A stretch of DNA of 63,697 nt, counting the filler, from Hyphochytrium catenoides (taxonomy: Eukaryota > Protista > Hyphochytriomycota), in the NCBI GenBank assembly GCA_900088475.1. It is 8 parts of 8 records of this genome, joined end to end, with 100 filler letters (N's around TTAATTAATTAA, not from the genome) between each part and the next. Parts side by side here need not be neighbours in the genome. Positions count along the whole stretch, not along the records: positions 22,198 to 29,869 come from FLMG01000012.1; positions 29,970 to 37,220 come from FLMG01001085.1; 6 more parts are not named here. The stretch is one strand, 5' to 3'. Position 1 is the first letter of the stretch. Every line of letters starts with the position of its first letter. Made by a program: the position numbers and the translations under genes. The notes beneath the pieces are model-generated. The model saw nothing but the letters and a program-made list of their open reading frames with translations. It had not been told where the DNA came from and ran no database searches. Of the stretch, positions 23,353 to 34,285 are shown piece after piece.

Positions 23353-25798
23353 ATGGCACCGCAATGCCGGTACTGGGCGGTGCGCCCGATGGAAGGTTAT
23401 TTGCCTGAGATCCTCAATTTCTCTGAGATACTCATATCGTCCTCTTGCGTTCCAGCATGGATTACGAAGTTTTACCTTTCGCGCCTCAGGCGCTCCACAG
23501 TGTACGGCTTGGCGTGCAACGTCACGGTCATCCTAGCCGTGGTGGGCATGACATGGACTATAGCAGACCACGGTAGCGGCGGGACAGAGAGCAGTACTGC
23601 TTCGGCAGTCTTTGCCTACCTGTGCGCCTTTTGCAATTGCTTTCACATAGTAATAACTCTGCCGGAGATGCATATCCTGCTCTCCCGGAAAATGTTCACT
23701 CACTTTGAGACGTGGTACTTTCTCTACCAGTGCGCCCCTGCAATCGGTCTTTTCGTATATTGCAATGGGAAGCGGAGGCAGTATGCTAGGGCGATGGCCT
23801 TTGCCGCGGGAACGTTAAATGCTGGCATTAACCCTTTAAACACCGATGCAATGCCCCAGACCGGAGGCTACAAAGGGTATCTGCCGCTCGCCATGCTATT
23901 CATGGGAACCTCACTGGGGCTTGGGATGCTCTTATGGTAAGGCATGATGAGAGGTTGAGCATACAGATCTAAAAGCGCTATATTATTGTGTCTAACCTGA
24001 TGTATCCTACTCCAGGATGGCCGGAATGCTTTACACTGAGGCGTATGAGGGCCTAACGGAGACGGAGATCATCCTCTATACAGTCCCAATTCGACCATGG
24101 CTTATCGCTGCAGACTCCCTTGTAGTCGTGGCAATGTTAAGCCTGAAGTTCTTTGTTAGGCACTCTGTCACCCATCTGAGGCACAAAAGGCAAGCTGGGC
24201 AACTTCGCTTTTCAACCATTAAGTGGCCCATTCTAGTGGAGGAAGTGGTCTGCTGCTCTAGCGCTGCGGCCGAATGCAAAGAGATTCTGACTCGGCAAGC
24301 TGCCTCACCGGGAGGAGGAGAAACAGCACAGAACCAAGAGCGAGAGCCAGAGAGATTGAACCACGACAAAGCAACCCCATCATCCGATCCGAGGGCAGCG
24401 TTGGAAGGCCAGGGAGGTCACGGCCAGGATGACACTCTTCCCAAGAAGGGCAGATGGCCCATCAAGGTCACACATCACAAGCCAGCATCTAGGTGAGCAG
24501 TCACCACGTGACTTAGATACCCTGAGGCAGACCTTCAGTCCCTGCCCACATCGATTTCAGCACTAGAAGTCAGTAGTTAGGAGATGAATGGCAGAGCTAC
24601 TGACTCGAAGGGGCATGTTACGGCTCATAGCGCCAATCTGACGTCGTAAACTAAGAAGAAACTTCTCTCTCCTCTCTATTGCTTTAGGCATGCCAAAGGT
24701 GCGAAAAGGGAGTATGTGGTCTACCCTATTCATAAGGAGATCATGCTGGACGCGTATGAAGATCTTTTGAAGCTTCTTTGGGAGCGATGCAGGCGACAGG
24801 TTCCTCCTTCGGAAGTTACGGCCAGCGGTCAAGGGCAAGATGGCCCAGATGCTTTGAATGAAGTCCCATCACGACGGTGTCGTTCATCTGAGGCGCCAAG
24901 GCTCCTGGGTCATGAGAACCTACTCGTAGGAGCTGCTCTGATCACCTTTGTTCTTCAAGTTATATCTTTGGCAACCCTTGAAGAACCAGGAAGGAGTACC
25001 TTGGCTATCATTTTGCTTATGATCAGCGTTGGGATCACCTGCTTGCTCCTCTCCAGGGCTCACCCTACCCTGCTGCTTAAAGTGCTGAAGTCCTTTGACT
25101 TCGTGGTGACGCTACTCTCTCTCCTGAAGTACGTCTTCTTCGCCTCATTGGTATTGAAGCGGGATCCCGCCAGGTAACTACGCAGCAATCCTCATGCAGG
25201 GAAGGAAGATCATAGACGCTCCGTTGTCCATTCCTTTGAAGGCGTTCAAAACAAGCGCTATTGACTGATGACTGCTATTTTGACCTTGTACCTACCCTTG
25301 TCCTAATGCTGCCTGGCCTTCTTCTGTTTGATGTTGTGCACATAATATAGGATGGCGGTGGTGCTTTCCTTCTCCATTACCTTGGTGGCGAGCTTTGTAG
25401 TCCAAGACGCGGTTATTATGCCGCTGGCGCGACGCAGGCAGCGGATGCTCGTCTTCCAGCTTCTCCTACTCCTGCTTGAAGTTCTTTCCGGTCTCTACCT
25501 CGTCTTCCTCCCTGAAGGAGGAGAAGAATTGGCTATCAAAGAGAACCACTACCGGACTGGCCCTGGTTTTCTTTCAAGCGTCTCAGGATCCCCCGTCAGC
25601 GTTGCCCTGGACGCCCTTGGCACCCTCGTGTTTTACACCGGCAGGAGCCTTTGCATGCTACTATGGGCTCCGAATCAGCTGGTATCTGTTCTGTCTCCTG
25701 TCGGATATGAGATCCGCTACGTACTGCCTCTTGGACAACGACAAGAACAGCGGCTTTCTCAGCAATCGGAGCGGAAGCGTGACGATCCCCAGCTCTGA
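23353..25798 (+). CDS. Multi-pass membrane protein of unknown function with two related halves, 4 exons
   Basis: ORFs 23353, 24017, 24716 and 25352 join in frame via GT-AG introns (e.g. tctag|gtgagc...gctttag|g-cat-gcc). About 10 hydrophobic segments; paralogous to 27242-28917. Confidence 0.8.
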
Positions 25799-27214
25799 CG
25801 GCCTTTGAATGACAGAGCACATTTTAACGGACTGCAGCGGCCTTGTTCCCTTCTATAGGAATGCAGCGCATGGATAAGACAGATGGCAAGAGCGAGGCAG
25901 GGTCTCTCTTGACTGATGGTGCGCCTGTTCCATTGGGATTTGCTGTACTACTCTTCTCTCAGAGTTGCTTCTTCACCAGGCCAGCAGCCATGCGCTTGTC
26001 GGTTCCTACTAGCAATCTACCTCCTACCATGGATCCTAGCTCCTAATAAACCTTCTCCTCTTGGAGTCTTAGGGCTTAGCACCGCTTGAGGAAGGCTGTA
26101 AGGTTTGAAGAGTTCAAGCTTCACCAGATTATGAACCGCACTCTTCACTTTCGATGTAACAAGTTGGCCTTCGAATAAACGCAGAGTCTGTCACTCCTTG
26201 AGACTGAGAGAGGCACTAGAAGATCTTGAATGGCTGTCGGGCACTATCTTTGGTCTCTGTTGGCACTAACAACTAGGGCACGACTGAAGAAGATATAAGT
26301 GTATGGCAGCAGAGAGAGATGGACTCCAGCTTGAAACCACTTGGTTGACTGTCCTTCGAGAGACAGATTGCTTCTCGTGTGAGGTCTATCATAGTACTCC
26401 GTACGAGGAAAAGCATACCTCAGCACTTTATGCTGAATGCATAGCCGGCAAGTCTCTCTCGCAGCAGCATCCTTTGGGCCCCATCCCTTACTAGTTCCTA
26501 CTCATCAGTCAGTAGAATCGAGAAGAAGAGGCACTCATTAGTAGCTTCCACTTATACCTCTAGCAACCAAGCAGCCCTTCCCTGGGTGGTTATGGGTCTC
26601 TCTCCAACGCTGCCCCTTCTTCTAAACTGCTTTTCTCTCTTCCAGCGGCCCTACTAGCTCCTCCGCCCTTCCAATAAAGTTGATGCCGTAAGTGCTATGG
26701 CCAGCATCGTCCTCTCGGTCCTTCTCGCAGCGTTCAATCTTGCCTACTCTGTCAAGAACTCAGCTGACTCTGCCTTGGCATAAGCTGACTCTGGTTAGGA
26801 CATCAGGAAGCGAAGTACATTATCACAAGGGCCAGAGAAGGGTGAACCGCTTGCACTGCCGTTAACTGAACAAGACAGAGCCAATACTCTGAGCCGCTTG
26901 CACTCCTCCTAGCATACTAACGGCGCTTGCACTAGCACACTGACTGAACCAAGCGACAAAAAAAGAAGTAATAAGTGAACAAATAAAGTGAATCTGAGTT
27001 TGACGGGTCTCAGACAGTGCATCGGCTTGTGTGCACTGTGAGACTGTGCTGACCCCACCAGGAACATTCAAACGTGGTCGGGTCCCCGTCGCTCCCCAAG
27101 AGAAGCTGGTATCCTATAGATCTCCTCCCGTTTGGACGGGCCTAACCGGCACCCTAAGAGGCCTTTCCAGGTCACTAGGAGGAACTACTACTCCCTAGTA
27201 CATTTCAACCGGTT

Positions 27215-28917
27215 ATATGTACTTCAGGAGCGAAAAGAGAGTCAACAAAAGTCAAAGGACTTCAGCACTTTCAGCAGTAAGCTAGGGTGAGCCCTGGAGA
27301 GGAGCAAGCAGTTCGTCGCAATGTTGCTCATGAACAAAATGGTAGCCAATAGACTTGATAGTGGTTCTTCAAGCATCGCTACCGCTATGGCTTGAAAAAC
27401 AACTATGGAAAGGGCAGCTCCTCCCAGGAAAGCCTCACGACCAAGGAGCCGTGGCGCCTCCTGTGAGCCCCTTTCCGGTGCCAACTCCTCTGAGCTTTGA
27501 ACTCCCTGCGTAGGTTCTCCAGGAATAACTTGGTGCCTGAATCGCTGGCAAACAATCATGAAGAGGTCTTCATACGTGTCAAGGATGATCTGCTTATGAA
27601 CAGGGTAGACCATGTACTCCCGCTTGGCACCTTTTACCTGCCTGAGAGAAGAGATTAGAATCTTATCTGGTGAGTTTATATTTGCCTCGTCAGCTCGCTT
27701 AGCACTCTTCTGCCTTTCGTCCTCCTCCAATTGATGGTTTCATGATCAAGATGAAGTCACATAGCAGCGGGCTGTGGGTGGGCAGCCCCAGAACTCTGAT
27801 CGAGGCATCTGGAGTCGCAGTGGCTCACCTGGATGCGGGCTTGTGAGACTTGACTTTGATGGCCCGTCTCCCACCACGTGACAGTGTGTCCTCCTGGCTT
27901 TGATGATCTCCTCCCAAGGCTTTCAGCCCTGTCCTCTGACTGGCTGTCAGTGCTTTGTCGTTCACCTTCTCTTCTTCTCCTGGTAGGCTCTTTGGTGCGG
28001 TGTCTCTCTGCTTTGGGCCACTTCATGCTTGAGAAGCGGAGTTGACCGGTTCGACTTCTGTGCCGCCAGTACGTGAGCGTGTTCCTAATCAATAACCTCA
28101 AGTGCAGCATTGCCACGACCACGAGAGAGTCTGCAGCGATGAGCCAGGGTCGAACTGGGACTTTGAAAAGGATTATTTGCGTCTCTCTTAGGCCTTCGTA
28201 CGCCTCATTGTAAAGCATTGCGGCCATCCTGGAATATACAGGCACATTCCGTGACCACGGTGTTAGACACATCGCTCTCTGGATATGCCAAGCCTTGCGG
28301 ACGCGCCTTACCATAGAACAAGTCCAAGCTCCAGTGAACATCCTCCGAAGAGAAGCGTGAGGGGCAGATAACCTTTGTAGTCACTTATTTGGGGATTCAC
28401 ATCGAGGAGTAATGGGTTAACCGCAGCGTGCAGCTTTCCAATGACAAACGCTATGGCCCGAGCATATTGCCTCCGCTGTCCGTTGGAATATATGAGAACA
28501 GCCATTGCTGGGGCGCATTGATATAGAGAATACCAGGTCTTAAACTGTGTGAACATCTTCTGGAGAAGGAGGGTGTGAATATCCGGCAATACACTTGTTG
28601 CGAGATGAGAGAAAGCGAATAGGGGCACCAGGCAAGCAAAGACTGTGGAGACCGTACCGCTCTCGGCCCCACCACGTGCACGATGCGCTATAGTCCATGC
28701 CAAGCCCATTACACCCAGGATGATCATCGCAAGGTGACAAGCCAAGCCGTACCATGCTGAGCGTCGGAGTCGCGTTAAGGTAAAGCTTGGTAATCCATGA
28801 GGGAACGCATGACGAAGCCATTACTGTTTGGAAGGGATCAAGCACATTGGGCAAGTAGCCTTCCGCCGGGTGCACTGCCCAGTATCGGCAATCCTCCAGC
28901 ATTGTTGTCCTTGTCAA
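27215..28917 (-). pseudogene. Inverted, frameshifted and 3'-truncated paralog of the 23353-25798 gene
   Basis: Shared peptides CRYWAV.P.EGYLP, WY.LYQCAPA, PWLIAADSLVVVAML and KGAKREY.VYP.HK. +1 frameshift near 28777, a second frameshift and stop after VLKSFDF, and no last exon. Confidence 0.82.
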
Positions 28918-29686
28918 ACAACAAAGATAGCACCCACCGGCAGCCTCTCATCTTCAGCAATCCCCACATCGTCATCTCTTTCTCACTATGGCTCCTACTG
29001 GCGGCAGCCGTAAGACCAAATTGAGTGACTTTAACAACCCTGTCCTATACTGCTCGTGGGCCTCATAAACAGTGAATGCTCTCTCACATGTGCCATCAGC
29101 AATGGGGTAGAAGTGATTAAGCAAAGAGGAATGGTGGGTCCTGGCGGGGGATCGCGTCTTGACAAGAGGAGGATGGTCAGTATAAAGAGGGATGGTACGC
29201 ACCCAGAAGAAGAGAGCGGGCGTCTCATCAGTCTGAGGAAGACTCAGCTTCAGTCCTAAGCACGTTCTTGCTCACTTCTTCCCTTGAGAGACGAGGAGGA
29301 GCAAGATCTCCCGTCGCCCTCAGGATCAGCCTCTGCGGCCTCGATCCTGTGGGCACGAAGCCGCCGTAACCCGTCACTATTATTACAGAAGTACTAACAA
29401 CCAGGGAACTAAAATCCATGCGGAAGAAGGGCCGTTACACCAAAGGATATATATTACTATGCGAGGAAAGAGGACGGCTAGGTTTGAGGGGTTAAGAGGA
29501 GGGCGGTCCACCTTCTGCGGTTATTATCTATAGATGAAGGTGCACTCAGCGGTTCATCAGGTCCAGCAGGAAGACTAATAGAAGGTGATGGCAACTAACG
29601 TGCCCTAGTGGCGGGTCACAGTCAATCATAACGTCTAGGGGGTGGCTGCCAGCCCTGAAGAGATTATATTAGATAGAGAGGTAGGG

Positions 29687-29790
29687 AGATAGGGAGATAG
29701 ATAGATAGATAGAGAGATAGATAGATTGATAGATAGATAGATAGAGAGATAGATAGATAGATAGATAGATAGACAGATAGATAGATAGAC

Positions 29791-29849
<59 letters not shown>

Positions 29850-29869
29850 CAGATAGATAGATAGATAGA
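29687..29869. repeat. (GATA)n tetranucleotide microsatellite at contig end
   Basis: Long gatagata run read directly. Confidence 0.95.
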
Positions 29870-29969
29870 NNNNNNNNNNNNNNNNNNNNNNNNNNNNNNN
29901 NNNNNNNNNNNNNTTAATTAATTAANNNNNNNNNNNNNNNNNNNNNNNNNNNNNNNNNNNNNNNNNNNN

Positions 29970-31532
29970 GAGCAAGGGGCAAGGCGAGAGAGAAGAGAGA
30001 GCAGCCTGTCAGCTCAAGAACCTCTCATCCCCAAATGCAACCACCTCTTTGCCCTATCTGCAGCGCCCTTTCTCAGCCAAGAATATCAATGGTCTCTACT
30101 TCCCGCGTTTTCTCTCCTTCCTTCTACTATTCTTTAGTCTTCCGCTTGGCTACTGCTCTATAACAACGCGCACCTGGCCAATGTTAGAGACACCATAGAG
30201 GAAGGAGCCTGCCAGAGCGAGCATTGCCCCCTTCACTCTGTCCTGAGAGCCGCCACTCTTCTCAGAGAAGTTGTAAGCAACAACAGTGGCGATACCCGCA
30301 AGGGTGATGCCCGTTCCAATCGCATGGATTAGGTTGTACCTGATAATGAAAGACAGGGTTAGAACACGCAGTCAAGTTAGAGAGCCATCTCAGAAACTTC
30401 GACCATGACAAAAGCGAGGACAAGGAAGCAATCTGCCTGAACATCTTTAAAAAACAGAGAGAGCGAGAGTCAAGGTTGGGATGCCAGACCAGCGGGAGAG
30501 CAAGAAACTTTTTACGAAGAGGAGAGAGACGGATGTCCTACCTCCTCTTGAAGACGAAGTAGCTTAGTACAATAACCGTGGGGATCGTGAAGGTGTCAAT
30601 GAGACTGATGGTGGCGATATCAGCGTACTGATAGGCCTTCACCACCAAGAAATTGGCCTCCACATCCACCACCGCCAACATTGGATAGAGGTACCAACGG
30701 GACTAAGTAGGCGCGACGCAAAAGGAGAAGGATAGTTTGAGGAGGTTGACAAGGGCAAGAGGTAGGAGAGACGAGGCAGGGGCGAGAGTGGCCAACAAGG
30801 GCCGGGGTTGGGGAGGAGGGAGAAGATGGGAGGAGGGAGAAAGAGAGAAAGAGAGAAGAGTGAGTGCCCAAATGACGTGATGGTAGGCATAAGAGCAGAT
30901 ACAGAGTGGGACAGTTGGAATGGCGAGTCTCCGTAGTGCCATCACGGCCATACTTAAAGCGAAGAAGCTACCGTCTCTGAGGCCAGATGAACCAACAATC
31001 CTGCTGCTCTTCATTATCTTTGTCTCTCTCTTCCTCGATTGCCTGCCCCGCTTCTTCGAGCTAGTGATTTACCTTTACTCTGGTCCAGTCCTCGTTCGAT
31101 CGCCATCTGGGGATGAGAAACAAAGTGCAGAGCAGGTAGTTTGGCAAGCTCTGTAACATTGGGACATCCACCCCGTTCCGGCTCAGATACTGAGAAAAGA
31201 CTCCTGTCCCAGAGATTGCCAGGGAAATGGCCTAGATCATGTGAAGACGTGGAGCAGAAGCCACCAAACGACAAGGTTCAGTATCCTGTCCTCTTCAACG
31301 AGCTAGACTCTAGTTGTTCGCCTTCACTGCCAATCGCATATCTCACCTGTCCCAGGGCAATGGCGTAAAGCTTGGGGGCGAGGCCACCCTTGGCAGTGAT
31401 CTTGGTTTCCATGGTCAACGCTTTGTCGCCGTAAAGTGGCTTGAGATAACCTTCTTTGTTTCCAGAACGGAGTGAACCAAGAAGAGGAAGTTTTTCCTGC
31501 TCCGCGAGAGATTGTAGATTGAGTTCTGTCAT
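29970..31532 (-). CDS. SLC35F1/F2-like (DUF914) solute carrier, 3'-truncated by contig end; start at 31532 or 31412
   Basis: Spliced exons AIALGQ|AISLAISGTGVFSQYLSRNGVDVPMLQSLPNYLL..|SRWYLYPMLAVVDVEANFLVVKAYQYADIATISLIDTFTIPTVIVLS..|..GAMLALAGSFLYGVSNIGQ. DVEANFLVVKAYQY is the family signature. Confidence 0.88.
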
Positions 31533-31714
31533 GCAGGTAGTCACAGGCTGCCGCGTTTGCTTTCCTATCTGATAACAAGGAAGCTTCCTTCGCTTCTTGT
31601 CTGTTTCTTGAAGAGCGCTTGGCTCTTCTCTCTCGGTCCTGGTTGGGATTGGGTGGAAAGAGAAGCAGCTCAAACGTTGAGCTCAGCTGATGGAGAGGAG
31701 GAAGAGGAAGACAG

Positions 31715-31745
<31 letters not shown>

Positions 31746-31758
31746 CAAGAGAGAGAGC

Positions 31759-31793
<35 letters not shown>

Positions 31794-32027
31794 GGAGGAG
31801 CAGGGAAGTAGAGAAGGTGGCTAGGGGGCGGAAGGGTTCAAAGAAGGTGGTGAAGCACGTGTTCTTCTGGCACTTCCCGTCCCTTCTGGTACAAGGACTG
31901 GAAGGATCGTCTCGCTGTCAAAGCAAGCAAGTCCTTCAAGGGACGGGGGCTTTCGAGAGACAAGGGATGGTTAGAGGGACCGCACTATGACGTCTCACAC
32001 ACTGGTGGAGAGTATCTTCCTCTCTCT

Positions 32028-32081
<54 letters not shown>

Positions 32082-33017
32082 ATCTTCCTTTCTCTCCTCT
32101 CTCTCTGTTCTCCCTCTCTCTCTCTCTGTTCTCCCTCTCTCTCTCTCTGTTCTCCTTTTCTCTCTCTCTCTGTCTCTCTCTCTCTGAGCTTTCTCTCTCT
32201 CTCTCTCTCTCACTCACATTCAGGTCTCACTCTGTCCCTTCCCTTTCTCTGTCACCATTCTATTCTTCCTCGTTCCTCTTTCTGTCGAACTCTCTCACTG
32301 TACGAACCTTTCGTGCTACATAACTCTCTCTCGATTCCTCTCTGTCTCGTGTATGTCGTATCTCATCCGTTCTCTGTCTGTTCTCAGCGTCAGTCTGAGA
32401 ATTGACGGGTCTCACAACCACAACCAATGGTGTACACCTCACGAGGAATATCTCTAGGGTACAAACAGGCCGTTAGCGGGTCCCGTAAAAATATTTCTGG
32501 TACTTAGAATTATAAAAAGCGCAGAAACCCAAAACTTCATCCGGTCAAGGTTCAGGGCCATCACATTACTTCTAGAAGTATCCCCTTGCCTTTTTATTGC
32601 TTTGACTGGCGCTTACCAAAGTCAAAGGTAAACTATGTCGAATATAACAGCCAATTCCAGATAGAATTATTAGGTAGACCCTAAATAGACCCCTGCCGCC
32701 CTAAACCAAGTGATTCATGACGAATTCTAGATCTTTCCCACAGAATGTATGAGCATCTAGAACATAAAGTGTCTTTAGATCTTCCACAATCACCTGCGCA
32801 GGAAATGTATGAGAATTTAGAACAACAGCGTATCTTTCGAATTGTCTGACCAATCTATTACTACTGCTACTTTGTATTAGATGACATCTTCTTATAAGGA
32901 AAATTGGTGGATATTATTGCCGCTCGAAAGGACACAGCGCCCATCATCAGCCTTAGACTTGGAGGGAAGGAGGCGGCAAGCAGTGGACAACAGGACTCTC
33001 GCTGCTTCTGATCAGTT

Positions 33018-33070
<53 letters not shown>

Positions 33071-33186
33071 TTTGTTAAGTGATGCTCCTCCTCTCTTTGT
33101 TCTCTTTCTCTCTCCTCCCCTGTGTGTCTCTCTCTCCTCTTTGGCCTTTCACTCTTCGTTGTCTCTCTCTTCCCTTTCTCTTTCTT

Positions 33187-33224
<38 letters not shown>

Positions 33225-34285
33225 CCTGTGCCTTTCTCTCATTTGTCCCAACTCCCTTTATTTGACTCTCTCTATCAAGCCTATCACAAGCTCTTGACAT
33301 CCTGGCGAATTCTTTGACTCTGCCCTCTCTTCCAGTTCCCTATGACAGCTTCCTACTGTCTCTTGATACATCCAGCCCAGTCAAGCCAGAGAGTCCAGTC
33401 AGAGGAGGAGGAAGGAGGAAGGACGAGGAGAGGCTGAGTGTAGGAGACGGGAACACAGAAGGATCAGACAGAAAAGACAGAGAGTGTGATGCAACGAGAG
33501 AACAAGCCCAAGAGTAACATTAGGTTAAGGTAATAATAGACTAGCTACTCTTCTCCTCGCCTCTTCCCCACCCATCTTCTCTCTTTATTTCCTGATTTCA
33601 GCTGATGTATGGACCCTCAGAGCCTACGACCGAAGGGCGGGAAGCATGAAATTTAAACCGAGACAGCGACCAGACACTTGCAGCCAACAGTGATCATGTA
33701 AGGAGTTGTCCGTGAGACACAACGCGTGTTTGCCTAACTGCCAGAGATAATAAGGAGCCATCGAAAGGCTAGAAGGCGTGTGGTTGTCGAGATCATGTGG
33801 GTTTGAGGTGGGTGAGTAGATAAGGAGAGATAATGGTCAGATGTCAGATCATTCAGGAGGTCACGAGATAGATGGGGATGGAGGTAAGTTCGCCGTCTGA
33901 TTGGAAGAAGTGACCCTTCAGCGGTCTTCTGTTCGTCCCTTTTCCTCGATCCTGACCTTTCTTAAAGTTCTCTCCTTCTTCCGTCTCTCTATCTCCCTAT
34001 TCAATACTCCACCTTCCATTCGCTTTTATTTCATTTGTCCCCTCTTTTATCTCTTTCTCCTTCTTCTTTTTCCTTGTAGAGCTTGCCAACTGCCACAGGC
34101 TTCCCCCTTCGGCAGCGCCAGTCCCTCCGCCAAGGTGTAGGAGCCACAATCTCAAGCATCGAAAAGATGCTCCAGAGTATCCAGACGAATATTTGCTATT
34201 GAAAAGTCAAGAGAAACACTTTCAAACAAAAAAGATAAGCTAACGACAGACCAAGCGTTTAAGGACAGAGAAGAAGTATCTGGCT

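Noticed and set aside
13261-29525. Short similarity between 13261-13371 and the reverse complement of about 29478-29525
   Set aside because: Only two short imperfect blocks with different spacing; not enough to call a dispersed element.
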